A DNA stretch of 64,000 nt. Origin: an uncultured virus (IMG/VR IMGVR_UViG_3300037067_004188). Lineage: Duplodnaviria; Heunggongvirae; Uroviricota; Caudoviricetes. The stretch lies in IMG/VR virus record IMGVR_UViG_3300037067_004188; one strand, given 5' to 3'. The position numbers and the translations under genes are program-made. Under the pieces are notes generated by a model. The model saw only the letters and a program-made list of their open reading frames with translations, was not told the DNA's origin and searched no databases. Below are positions 30,214 through 40,155 of this stretch, piece after piece. The first letter of the stretch is position 1. Every line of letters starts with the position of its first letter.

Positions 30214-31309
30214 TTAATAATAATCTCCCAATTAGATGTATTTGAGAAAGTGACATCTCTGGATACATAGGTAATGAAATTATCTCTTTACAGAATTGTT
30301 CTGCCATTGGGAAATCACCTTCCTTATATCCTAGATACTGATATGCAGGTTGCCGATGTATTGGTGTCGGGTAATGTATGCCGAACTGTATATCTGCCTT
30401 TTTTAGTTTTTCGATTAGAGAATCACGACTTTTAGTTTTTACCACGTATAAATGATATACAGAAATACATCCAGGATTCAATTTTAATGGGATAATTGAC
30501 GTATCACGGAACTGCCCCTCATAAATCCACGATACTTTACATCTGTTGTCATTCCAGCGATCAAGACGATTCAGTTTTATATCCAATATACAGGCTTGTA
30601 TCTCATCTAATCTGCTGTTATAACCAATATATTTATGATAAGATTTGTCTATTTGTCCATGATCTCTAAGAGATAATAACTTACGGTAGAATCTTTCATT
30701 ATCGGTGGTAATTGCCCCCCCATCTCCCGCACACCCTAGATTCTTCGATGGATAGAAACTAAAACAACCCATATCTCCAAAACCGCCAGCCTTCTTGCCA
30801 TTGTAGGTAGCTCCATGTGCCTGACAAGCATCCTCGATAACAAATATCTCATTTGAGATTTCAGATAATTTAACTATCATATCTAATTTATCCATATCCA
30901 CGCATTGACCGTAGAGATGAACAGGAATAACCGCCATTGTATTTACATTTAGTGACTTAGAAAGTAACTCTAAATCCATTAAACCTGTTTCAGGTACAAT
31001 ATCCACGAATACAGGTTTGAATCCTGCATGGATGATCGCCTCTACCGTTGCCACGTAAGTATTAGGAACAGTGATAACTTCGCCATATCCGTTGTTGGGA
31101 AGGCAATTCAAAGCCAATGTTAAGGCGTCTGTGCCATTCGCTACGCCTATGCAGAACTTTACCCCTACATAGTTGGCGAAGTTTTCCTCAAATCGTTTAA
31201 CGCTCTCTCCTAGAATATACTTTCCCGATCTGAGAATATTTGTTACTGATTCCTCTATCTCTTTCCCGACATCCTGATATTGTTTTGTCAAATCGAAAAA
31301 TTTTATCAT
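30206..31309 (-). CDS. DegT/DnrJ/EryC1/StrS PLP-dependent sugar aminotransferase
   Basis: IEDACQAHG, FSFYPSKNLG, GYNSRLDEIQA. Confidence 0.92.
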   Translation of the reverse strand: MIKFFDLTKQYQDVGKEIEESVTNILRSGKYILGESVKRFEENFANYVGVKFCIGVANGTDALTLALNCLPNNGYGEVITVPNTYVATVEAIIHAGFKPVFVDIVPETGLMDLELLSKSLNVNTMAVIPVHLYGQCVDMDKLDMIVKLSEISNEIFVIEDACQAHGATYNGKKAGGFGDMGCFSFYPSKNLGCAGDGGAITTDNERFYRKLLSLRDHGQIDKSYHKYIGYNSRLDEIQACILDIKLNRLDRWNDNRCKVSWIYEGQFRDTSIIPLKLNPGCISVYHLYVVKTKSRDSLIEKLKKADIQFGIHYPTPIHRQPAYQYLGYKEGDFPMAEQFCKEIISLPMYPEMSLSQIHLIGRLLLND

Positions 31310-31769
31310 CCTTCTCCCTCTGAATTAACCTATCTAGCACTTTCTTTGTACCAGAAGATAGAGACATCTCTGATTTATGTTTATCGTACCATTCTTCTAC
31401 GACAATATTGTTTTTTTGGGCTTTTATAGCACCCATCCAGTCACAAAGCATCTCGATAATATATTTTTCTTCCATATCAATTGGATTAGAGGATATTATC
31501 CAAAACTGCCAATGATGTTTATTCCTTCTCCTATGCAGCGTCCATCCTAGATCAAATTCAATATTTCCTGAATCCCCCGCCTGATATGAACCGTGAAGAT
31601 TTTGAAAATAATCCGTATAGGCATATTTGGCATACGGAATAAACTCACTGGGTAAGAACTTGCTAACATCATGTATCAATCCTAACAATGGTTGACCATG
31701 TTTTACACATTGTATAAAAACGTAATATTTATGGATTAAAATATATTTGAGATGTGTAAATAATTTCAT
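31197..31769 (-). CDS. DUF5662-like HD-type protein
   Basis: HKYYV..HDVSKF..H..RNKHHWQFW..EMLCDW; probable start ATG 31769 overlapping the upstream stop. Confidence 0.65.
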   Translation of the reverse strand: MKLFTHLKYILIHKYYVFIQCVKHGQPLLGLIHDVSKFLPSEFIPYAKYAYTDYFQNLHGSYQAGDSGNIEFDLGWTLHRRRNKHHWQFWIISSNPIDMEEKYIIEMLCDWMGAIKAQKNNIVVEEWYDKHKSEMSLSSGTKKVLDRLIQREKDDKIFRFDKTISGCRERDRGISNKYSQIGKVYSRRER

Positions 31770-32614
31770 ACAATATTCATCCCGCACTCTGCACATAACG
31801 GAAGTTCTCCTGACCTCCCTGAATTGTGCATGTCACGGTAATACCTCCTTAGTGGATTGTTCCATAGTTCCTCAATACTTATTTCGTTAAGATTTCCAAA
31901 GATAACTTTTCCGTGACCATCAACGCAACACAAAGGCACGTAACCATCGTAATTCACATCAAGTTGACGCAAGATTCTACTGCAAGGTACTCTAGTAATC
32001 TCTCCTGCCTGTTTTCTCGAATTGAAATGGGTTAATTCATCAGGTTTATCACCTGCCCATTCAAACGTTGCCCTTATACCAACACCCTTGAATGGCAATC
32101 CATCCCATAGACTAGCAAATGAATCCTCTGTTATAACCATTGGCGATCTGTGCATACAGAATATATAACACTCAATCTGGTGATCCATCTGCATAAAAGT
32201 CGTGATGTTTGCCCTTACCTTGTCAAAGTCAAGACCCATCTGGTCTTGATAGACTTCTTTATTGCCCCCATGAAAACTAAAGGTTATCGAATGTATGACA
32301 TCGGAATACGTTATCAACACCTTTGCCATTTCGGAATTCAGATGTGAAGCATTTGTGAATAAGACTACACGGCATTTCTTTTTCCTGAAATAGTCCATCC
32401 ATGCAAAGAAATCATTAAATACCAAAGGTTCATTCACCCTGAAAGGGGTGTATAAAAAACACCCCAAATCTACTGCATTATCTACTACCTTCTGGAAAAG
32501 ACTGAATGGCATAGTACCGTGACGTTTCATATCCGCATGTACACAAAACTTACATCTTGCACTACATAATGTGGAACTTTCTAAATGAACTTCCTCTAAA
32601 TGTTCGTCAATCAT
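31766..32614 (-). CDS. Radical SAM enzyme with SPASM/twitch domain
   Basis: CSARCKFC; C-terminal C..DG.V.LCC.D...GN...W...C..C. Confidence 0.88.
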   Translation of the reverse strand: MIDEHLEEVHLESSTLCSARCKFCVHADMKRHGTMPFSLFQKVVDNAVDLGCFLYTPFRVNEPLVFNDFFAWMDYFRKKKCRVVLFTNASHLNSEMAKVLITYSDVIHSITFSFHGGNKEVYQDQMGLDFDKVRANITTFMQMDHQIECYIFCMHRSPMVITEDSFASLWDGLPFKGVGIRATFEWAGDKPDELTHFNSRKQAGEITRVPCSRILRQLDVNYDGYVPLCCVDGHGKVIFGNLNEISIEELWNNPLRRYYRDMHNSGRSGELPLCAECGMNIV

Positions 32615-34725
32615 GCTTTTCTCCTACAATGGAAAAAGAAGTGATTTTCTCCCTCCCCTGTATAATCTAAAATATCAAATTCTATTATATCGAAATACTC
32701 AGCGAGAAGATTCTTTAAATCGTCATCAACGAAATAATGTAAATGCCCTTCCCCATCACAGGTGTTGCCATAAGGTGTTGTCCCAATAAAGTGTCCTCCA
32801 GCATTAAGTAGCGAATTTATCTTTTCTAGTACCTTTGGAATATCTATGATGTGTTCCAGCGTCTCGGTCATCCTGATCACATCAAACTTCTCAGGATAAT
32901 TGAATTGCTCTATTGCACTAACATATAATTCTAATTCTACATCATTATTCCTGCATGTGCCTATGGCAAACTCTATGCCCTTTTCAGATATATCTATACC
33001 AACCGTCCTATCTGAGATACCATATTTTTTGTAATAAGTTATGAAAAGTGCATTTGCACATCCTATATCAAGAATTGATACCTTTTTACCAAGAGACTTG
33101 ATAATTTCCAGTATCTTCATCTCTGAGAAATGGAATGATGGATTCTCTGGTATTGCCTCATGTGCGCCCCACTGCCATGATGTATTCTCTGACATGACCT
33201 TTGCCTGCTCTAATGTCGTATCTTCAAATCCTTCCTTTGTCGGTTTTGAAAAATCAACTTGATTGGACTCATTATCAAACCATTCCATAAATTCATCGTA
33301 GCCATCTTTGTAGTTCATATTCCTGAATGTAAGTGCGTCATCTGGAAAGTGACCGTAGTATTTCATTCCCTGATTGGCATAACCATCGAGGACATGATTT
33401 ATAGCAAATTCATATCTGGCTCTTAGACCGTTCCCCTGCTGTTCAAGACCCATATCGCCACGCTTTGCGTATGCCGCATATTTCTCTACCTGGTCCGCAA
33501 AAGGTTTTACGAAACCAAAATGATACTTTTTTACATGGGGAAGATACTGAATATCGTTTGCGTAGTCTATATCCGCAACCATGCCAAACTGTCTTAGCTC
33601 TCCTTGCGATACTGCACGATAGTTACAGTTCATTGATACCGCAAGCGGATCAACCACTGCCTGATGTAACAACGCCCCTTCCATCGTTGAGTTCCTATAT
33701 AATAAAATATGCCCTGTATCGCCCCAAAAGTCTACCTGCGGACAATATATATATTTCTTGCCGTCATTTATTGCCGTTCTCAAGAAGTCCATATCTGCAA
33801 CATCATATATCAAATCAGGTTGTGTTCGCATCACGTATCCTTTTGTTACCTGACTTAAACCAAAGTTTACCTGTGATGGTTCATCCCATGCACCATCAGG
33901 ATATGCGAATATTCCTGAATAATATTTGATCATAAGATGATTCTGCATGAATTCGTCTATGATCGCTTTCGAACCATCATTAGATGGTCCCACATAGCCA
34001 CCATCTACAATCACGATCTCATCTACAAATTTCACCAGATTGGTTAGACATTGCCTTAACATCAATTTCTCGTTATATATGCAAAGCAAGGCACTTAGGG
34101 AATTATCAGTTCGTTTAATTACTTTATTAGATAACGAATCCCCAACCCATACCCATTTATCACCTATCTTCTGCCATCCTTCTGGCGGTACTTGACCCAT
34201 ATCCCAATATAGTTCATTGTCCTTCTGTTGCCATTCACCTTTTTTGTCATGGATTATCTCCATGTTTGTATCACAACGTTTATTAAAACCAGTGAGTGGT
34301 TCATGTATATTTCCTGCATAACGACAATGTGATTGGAAAAATCTAAAAGTATAGTCAAGATTCAATGGATTTACAAGTTTACCGTTAATTAAAGTCTTTC
34401 TTGTAAATGTATATGAGTCATTGTCTAACGTTGTAAGATATTCCAATTGGTCTAAAATATAAGGATAACAATATTCATCTGCGTCAATTATGAATATCCA
34501 GTCTCCCTGCGCCCTTTCTATGGCATTATTTCGCTGTTTTCCAAAATCTTTTTCAAATGGTATCTCGTATAAGTTGACTTTTGAGTATTGTAATACTATT
34601 TCCTTCGTTCTATCTATACTGCCACCATCTATTACCACGATCTCATCAACGTAATCCTGGATACTGTCAAGACATCTGGCAATACATTCTTCCTCATCCT
34701 GAACGATCATACATGCAGAGATCAT
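32611..34725 (-). CDS. Fusion of two GT2 glycosyltransferase domains and a class I methyltransferase
   Basis: ISACMIV.DEE..DGGSID..IIDADE; second YNE..VDGG; ILDIGCANA..ETLEH. Confidence 0.88.
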   Translation of the reverse strand: MISACMIVQDEEECIARCLDSIQDYVDEIVVIDGGSIDRTKEIVLQYSKVNLYEIPFEKDFGKQRNNAIERAQGDWIFIIDADEYCYPYILDQLEYLTTLDNDSYTFTRKTLINGKLVNPLNLDYTFRFFQSHCRYAGNIHEPLTGFNKRCDTNMEIIHDKKGEWQQKDNELYWDMGQVPPEGWQKIGDKWVWVGDSLSNKVIKRTDNSLSALLCIYNEKLMLRQCLTNLVKFVDEIVIVDGGYVGPSNDGSKAIIDEFMQNHLMIKYYSGIFAYPDGAWDEPSQVNFGLSQVTKGYVMRTQPDLIYDVADMDFLRTAINDGKKYIYCPQVDFWGDTGHILLYRNSTMEGALLHQAVVDPLAVSMNCNYRAVSQGELRQFGMVADIDYANDIQYLPHVKKYHFGFVKPFADQVEKYAAYAKRGDMGLEQQGNGLRARYEFAINHVLDGYANQGMKYYGHFPDDALTFRNMNYKDGYDEFMEWFDNESNQVDFSKPTKEGFEDTTLEQAKVMSENTSWQWGAHEAIPENPSFHFSEMKILEIIKSLGKKVSILDIGCANALFITYYKKYGISDRTVGIDISEKGIEFAIGTCRNNDVELELYVSAIEQFNYPEKFDVIRMTETLEHIIDIPKVLEKINSLLNAGGHFIGTTPYGNTCDGEGHLHYFVDDDLKNLLAEYFDIIEFDILDYTGEGENHFFFHCRRKA

Positions 34726-35579
34726 TAGACACCTCCACTGCGGAAGAACGAACCATGTTTTGATTCGTATTCCTTCATAATGACTTCATAACCTTCGTTA
34801 TAGACCATATCTTTAAGGGGTTCCATCTCGTCAGGAAAATTACCACGATAAGCGATTGATGGTTGTTTAGGATAACTTAATACGTGCCTGATTGCCCATT
34901 GGGTCATATCCGACTCGTTGCCTCTTAGAAGCATCTCTCCCTCATCACCCCAACGGTGTTGCCTAACATGCCCGACATGCTTATTTATTTGCTCATGGAA
35001 TGGACGTATCCACCCCAAATGAAACTTGAATGTGTGCGGAACAACCATCTTGTCACTTGATTTTATCTTATTAATCTTCATCGCATATCGGTCATAGTAA
35101 GGTTTCATTCTTTTATCAACGGCAACTACTTCCAGTATATTGGAAGCGCATGATGATGAATTGTCATCACCACTGTATAGACGGATACGACTTATATCCA
35201 ACCAAAACTCAACTGTTGACACAAAGAATAAAGAATGTTGGGTATCTTCATCTAATAACTGCCTAAAATCATCTAAATTCTTGAACAACATATCCGCACT
35301 AAGAAAGACGTATATATCACCAGACGCCTTATTAATTCCTTCATTCCTCTGGGCAGTCATATCCCAAGCACCATCCATCGTCTTATACGTTCCAGACACA
35401 TATTTTATTTGGTCACCGTATTTATCCAGGATTGACTTGGTATTATCGGTGGATGGCCCTCTCTCGCTACCGTCAATAATCACTATCTCATCCATATAGG
35501 ATGAAATATTAGACAGAACGTGTGGTAATAAATTTTCCTCGTTATACACGGGTAGAATCGCTGATACCTTTTTTTTCAT
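34725..35579 (-). CDS. GT2 glycosyltransferase
   Basis: ILPVYNEE, IIDGS...STDNT, RNEGI. Confidence 0.85.
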   Translation of the reverse strand: MKKKVSAILPVYNEENLLPHVLSNISSYMDEIVIIDGSERGPSTDNTKSILDKYGDQIKYVSGTYKTMDGAWDMTAQRNEGINKASGDIYVFLSADMLFKNLDDFRQLLDEDTQHSLFFVSTVEFWLDISRIRLYSGDDNSSSCASNILEVVAVDKRMKPYYDRYAMKINKIKSSDKMVVPHTFKFHLGWIRPFHEQINKHVGHVRQHRWGDEGEMLLRGNESDMTQWAIRHVLSYPKQPSIAYRGNFPDEMEPLKDMVYNEGYEVIMKEYESKHGSFFRSGGV

Positions 35580-36576
35580 CCAGAACCTCCTCGATTATTT
35601 TTTTAATTCCTTTTACTGTATGATTCCATGTATAATTTCCTAATATATACTTGGAGGCATTTAGACCCTTCTCTTTACATTCTTGCCTAGAAACATAGGC
35701 ATTTCTCATTACCTCTGCTAAACTTTCGACATCTGGTATTCTCCAAAATCCATCCGTATCTATCAGACATTCATTTACTGGAGAATACATCTCGGACATC
35801 TCGACCCACCAACCATATTTCTTGTCAAAAAACTCTCTAGGGGCAGAACACCTTGAACACAAAACAGGCATCCCCGTACCCATAGCCTCAGGAATGACAA
35901 GACCAAAACCTTCTGATAGATGAGGGGATACAAGAACATGATGGTCTTTATACCAATCTATTACATTCTTTTTTCCCATGTTATCGAATGTTATCTGCGA
36001 ATGTTCCTCGTATTCATTCTTGAGTTGTGTAAACATCGTGGTATTATATGGCGCTCCTATCGTGAGCGAAACATCATCATGTGCATCAAATGCACTTATG
36101 AACGCCTCTGGCACTAACCAACTGCCTTTCCTGAACTGCGTAGCCCCAAGATGAAGAAATTTCATAGTATCTTTCCAGTCTCTATCAATGTATGAAATCT
36201 CTGCATCATCAATACCGAAATATACAACCTTTATTGGTGTTTCAATCGGAGCTTCCATAAAAGCCAAAGTAGCGGATTGTGATGGACATATAATTACGTC
36301 ACAATCATTGAGGTTAGAGATAACTCTCTCTCTTCCTGATCTCAGTATAGAATGGGATTCCGAAAGAGCAATCGCTATTCTTGCCTTAACTGGCTTATCA
36401 CTCCACTCCCAAAACTGCGGGTCTCCCCACCATAATTCAATTACATCTTTGTAATCCAGTGGATCGGCGAAATCATAAACCATATCGCCTTGATTCCTAA
36501 AGGCAATTCGCAGTTGTTCCCATACAGTAGTCCATGAACATGCTTCAAACCCGAATATCCGTAACCATATTTTCAT
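35542..36576 (-). CDS. GT4 glycosyltransferase
   Basis: RKG, EGFGLVIPEAMGTGMPV. Confidence 0.88.
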   Translation of the reverse strand: MKIWLRIFGFEACSWTTVWEQLRIAFRNQGDMVYDFADPLDYKDVIELWWGDPQFWEWSDKPVKARIAIALSESHSILRSGRERVISNLNDCDVIICPSQSATLAFMEAPIETPIKVVYFGIDDAEISYIDRDWKDTMKFLHLGATQFRKGSWLVPEAFISAFDAHDDVSLTIGAPYNTTMFTQLKNEYEEHSQITFDNMGKKNVIDWYKDHHVLVSPHLSEGFGLVIPEAMGTGMPVLCSRCSAPREFFDKKYGWWVEMSEMYSPVNECLIDTDGFWRIPDVESLAEVMRNAYVSRQECKEKGLNASKYILGNYTWNHTVKGIKKIIEEVLDEKKGISDSTRV

Positions 36577-38392
36577 TCAATACCCTTTCTACATTGAATT
36601 TAACTCGTTTCCAAGATATTGACTCCATACAAACAGCACTTACATTTCGAGGACAATTCATATACCAATCACCAGCCGTTGACCAACATCCTTTACAGAC
36701 ATAAGAATCAATAAAATGATGTTCTGGATACTCAAATAACTTTCCTGTCGTTGGGCCCCTAAGTACAAAAACATTTTTGCTACCACATGCGTAAGAGGCG
36801 TGCATTATTCCGCCTTCACAGCACACAACTCCATTAGCATTTTTTAATACCCAAAATAACTCAGGTATAGATAACTTACCACGAAAATCCAACGCACCTT
36901 TTATTTCACCATCATACTCAGTCCCAACCTGTATTGAAGGTATGTCAATATTCGAGACAAGTTCATTCCATCCATACCACGTCTTAGTTTGGTTAGTGCC
37001 TTTATAAAGAGCATCTACCCCATTATTAACAATAAGGTAATTATCTGGTAACTCAATTTTGGGTTGTTCAAAGCAAAACACTTCTGATTCTATGGCGTCA
37101 TAAGGCAATCCCATTTCCATATCTGTAATCTGGATATGATGCAAATGGTGAGTTTCTAACTTGTTGTAATTATGTGGGAACTCTGCAAATACGCCTTCTC
37201 GATCTCTATAATCCTGATCAAATAACTTGAATTTGAACTGATGTACCTTACAAAGGGCAAATCGTATCTCGGCTATTATGCCAAATTCTTTTGCCATGTG
37301 ATCGAAACAATCTGACCAATCTACATTCCCAACGGTTACGACATCATCTATATAGGGATTATCCTTGAATATATCTGCATTGCCACGAACAATGACTGAA
37401 CTTTTTATCCCGAACTTATCATAAATCTTTTTTGCCTGATCACTAACAGTGATGCTCCCACCGAATCCATCCAGTCTGAAAATCCCTATCTTTTTCGCTC
37501 TGTCAACATTGGTGTAAAATATGGGTTTTCTTACGTTATCAAGCTTTGCGAGATTATTCCCACATAAAAATTTCTTAGTTCCCTTTATGATCTTCTTTGC
37601 TGATATATCATTTAATTCTAAGGCATTTGAGGCATGAAATGTTATGTTTTCATATTTGGAATATAATTCTTTTGCGATACCTAAACCTATTACAGAACTG
37701 GGTACATCCAATGCACACGCTATATGCGCAGGCGCTGAATCATTCCCGATGAAATAATCCATTGCGTAGGTATCTATCATCAATTCTCTTAGTGATAGAC
37801 CGGTAAGGAAAGTAACTGGATATTTTGAAAATTTTTCACATAATGATCGATCATCATGGATTATGAAAACATTGAATTCCCTTGCGAGATATTCGATTAG
37901 AATATCGAAATATGCCCAAACCTTGAAGTCATGTCTGCTTCCTATCCCAATACCAATTAATTTACCCCCATGTAACTTCCTAAAAGCCCTTGCTTTTTCA
38001 ATTTCTTCATCTGTAAGATAAAGTGTGGATTTAATTGGATTTCCTGTCCCCGCCTGTTCAAACATTCTGGCTAACTTATTATCGAATGGTAATTGAACTG
38101 TCTGTTTTTTGCCTTTCTTTCCTTGAATTTCCTTTAATTGAATGGACTTGATACTATCGGACATATCAATTATCCTGCAATCACCTGGCAAATCATCCAT
38201 CTGCTCAAAACTCTTCGGGATAGCGAATGGATGATTGATAAGTAATTCAGGATAGTTACTGATGACATATACTTCCGTATCATATTCTTTGGATAATGAC
38301 TCAGCTATGCCAGTCAACAGAACCGTATCACCGATATAATAACGGTTAAGTAATGCTAACGGAGGAAAAAATCCCAATTTACCGCCCTTCAA
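36545..38392 (-). CDS. Tandem GT9 (heptosyltransferase-like) glycosyltransferase
   Basis: IGDTV, FIGNDSAPAHIACAL; second unit NPYID, DFRGKLSI, EGGIMHAS. Confidence 0.8.
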   Translation of the reverse strand: MKGGKLGFFPPLALLNRYYIGDTVLLTGIAESLSKEYDTEVYVISNYPELLINHPFAIPKSFEQMDDLPGDCRIIDMSDSIKSIQLKEIQGKKGKKQTVQLPFDNKLARMFEQAGTGNPIKSTLYLTDEEIEKARAFRKLHGGKLIGIGIGSRHDFKVWAYFDILIEYLAREFNVFIIHDDRSLCEKFSKYPVTFLTGLSLRELMIDTYAMDYFIGNDSAPAHIACALDVPSSVIGLGIAKELYSKYENITFHASNALELNDISAKKIIKGTKKFLCGNNLAKLDNVRKPIFYTNVDRAKKIGIFRLDGFGGSITVSDQAKKIYDKFGIKSSVIVRGNADIFKDNPYIDDVVTVGNVDWSDCFDHMAKEFGIIAEIRFALCKVHQFKFKLFDQDYRDREGVFAEFPHNYNKLETHHLHHIQITDMEMGLPYDAIESEVFCFEQPKIELPDNYLIVNNGVDALYKGTNQTKTWYGWNELVSNIDIPSIQVGTEYDGEIKGALDFRGKLSIPELFWVLKNANGVVCCEGGIMHASYACGSKNVFVLRGPTTGKLFEYPEHHFIDSYVCKGCWSTAGDWYMNCPRNVSAVCMESISWKRVKFNVERVLNENMVTDIRV

Positions 38393-38398
38393 AAAGTT

Positions 38399-38421
38399 GT
38401 GTGGGGAATTTCACCCCACAG
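38399..38421 (-). terminator. Hairpin, possible weak terminator/processing site after the capsid genes
   Basis: TGTGGGG-loop-CCCCACA followed by CAACTTTT on the minus strand. Confidence 0.45.
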
Positions 38422-38429
38422 TTATTTTG

Positions 38430-38921
38430 TTAGAAAATTTCTAACTTGATTGTCCCGATTGCGCATACCGTATCAGTATTAACCTTAAATGCCCTCCCGA
38501 TAGGCATGAGTTCTGTATTTACCATTATCGCAATCGATCCGAGTCCATCGAAAGGACGTACTGGAATTCCTGGTTGAATACTGGCGTCAGACAACATGGC
38601 TATTCGGTTAAATCCTCTTTTTTGAATCCAACCATATTTGCCATTTGTTAAGATTGACATAAACATTCCTGCCGCTAGCAAATACGTTGTATCCACTTTT
38701 GTTGTTGCATTATAGTCACCAGTTACGGTATAAAGGGGAGGCTGTTCAGTTCCAGAAGCCTCGCAATAGTACGCAAGATAACCAGGAGTCGCATTAACAG
38801 GATCATCCCCTGAGTGATACTTAACGAATTCAAATGCGTCTCCACCTTCCTCATGTATTGCACCCAATGGGAAATCAGGATTATTGTATATCCTCGTCAA
38901 ATCTACATTTTCATAAAACAT
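38430..38921 (-). CDS. Capsid cement/decoration-like protein
   Basis: Follows the capsid gene; FPLG..G..FEFVK..KYGWIQKRG motif. Confidence 0.55.
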   Translation of the reverse strand: MFYENVDLTRIYNNPDFPLGAIHEEGGDAFEFVKYHSGDDPVNATPGYLAYYCEASGTEQPPLYTVTGDYNATTKVDTTYLLAAGMFMSILTNGKYGWIQKRGFNRIAMLSDASIQPGIPVRPFDGLGSIAIMVNTELMPIGRAFKVNTDTVCAIGTIKLEIF

Positions 38922-38937
38922 TAATCTTCACCTACCC

Positions 38938-40125
38938 TTATGATTCATCCGTTACGCCATGAATCGCACTTACGCCCTGTGGATCAGGACGAACCACGTT
39001 ATGCCAGAAACTTACAACCGTTCCCTGCATTGTACTATTCGGGATGTCTTCCCATGCAACTATTCTTGGATTGAAGTCTGGATCGTATTCCAAGAACAAG
39101 CATTCAGGATCAAAGAAAAAGATCGTAGCGGGCCATAAGGAATCCATCATGTGTTCGTGATAGAATACTGTATTGAATTCCTCTAGCGTTATAGATAGAT
39201 TGATCCCCAAGTCTGCCTTTAGGTATTGATCTGCTACTCTCTGTTGCTCGGCAAGAATTTGATTACGAAGGAAGTTGTATAGTTTCCACCCACAAGGCGC
39301 ATATAACTTGTATTGATGACCTGCCTGTACCTCTGCGAGATGCTCGGTTAGAATGTCAATAGTCAACGGTACTGTAGTTGTGTTGTCAGCCGTGCAAGTA
39401 TCAACGTTATTATTGCCAGCAGTTGAATTCTGCGTGATCGCCGCACCTGTCGGAACGGTAACCTTTGGTTGCCAGAATAAGTTTGCCGTAGAGCCTGTCG
39501 TTCCTGTGGCAATATTCCCCAAAGTATGCCCTGTCGTGGTTTTTCTAATAAGGGTAGGAATTGAAGCAATCATCTGACTTTCATCAGTGATACTCTTGAA
39601 CTTTATAGGATATGGAATCCTTCTTCCCGCCGTTGACATGATGGATTCTATATCTAACTCATTTCCAGATATGGTCTCGTTGTGATTACTAAACAAGGCA
39701 TAGTTCATATAGAGCGTATTGCCTAGATGAAGTGCGTTCACTTTTCCTTCGGCGAGATTATATAGTGAACCATCGCGCCCATAAGCCGCTAACTCGTATA
39801 TGTCTGTTCCCGCACCGTTCCACCAAATCTGCGGAGTCCATTCGGACTGCGTGATTGGATCGAGGTCAGGGAAGGTGTATACCTGTTTTTCAGTGCCTCT
39901 TGATGGGCTGTAAACTGCGTGTTGTATGTTATGGTATGACCGCTTGCGTGGACCATAACCTGAACCGCCATTGACTGGTTTCGCATTAGCCAGCATGATT
40001 CTTAGTGTCGGCATAGTATCAGACAAAGGAAATTGCAATAGTGGGCTAACTTTCTTAACTTCCGCTGAGTATTCCGTTGTCCAATTATGCGCCGCATTTG
40101 ATGGGATTGTTCCCAATAGAGCCAT
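38938..40125 (-). CDS. Major capsid protein (putative)
   Basis: 395 aa after portal and scaffold; IFFFDPECL and terminal beta strands consistent with an HK97-type fold. Confidence 0.7.
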   Translation of the reverse strand: MALLGTIPSNAAHNWTTEYSAEVKKVSPLLQFPLSDTMPTLRIMLANAKPVNGGSGYGPRKRSYHNIQHAVYSPSRGTEKQVYTFPDLDPITQSEWTPQIWWNGAGTDIYELAAYGRDGSLYNLAEGKVNALHLGNTLYMNYALFSNHNETISGNELDIESIMSTAGRRIPYPIKFKSITDESQMIASIPTLIRKTTTGHTLGNIATGTTGSTANLFWQPKVTVPTGAAITQNSTAGNNNVDTCTADNTTTVPLTIDILTEHLAEVQAGHQYKLYAPCGWKLYNFLRNQILAEQQRVADQYLKADLGINLSITLEEFNTVFYHEHMMDSLWPATIFFFDPECLFLEYDPDFNPRIVAWEDIPNSTMQGTVVSFWHNVVRPDPQGVSAIHGVTDES

Positions 40126-40155
40126 TTCTGCTCACCTCTCCATATATTAGAGAGG

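Noticed and set aside
22463..38392. Cluster as DNA hypermodification or host serotype-conversion locus
   Set aside because: Located in the late structural operon, with no base-hydroxymethylase or membrane/flippase genes recognised; disfavoured, not excluded
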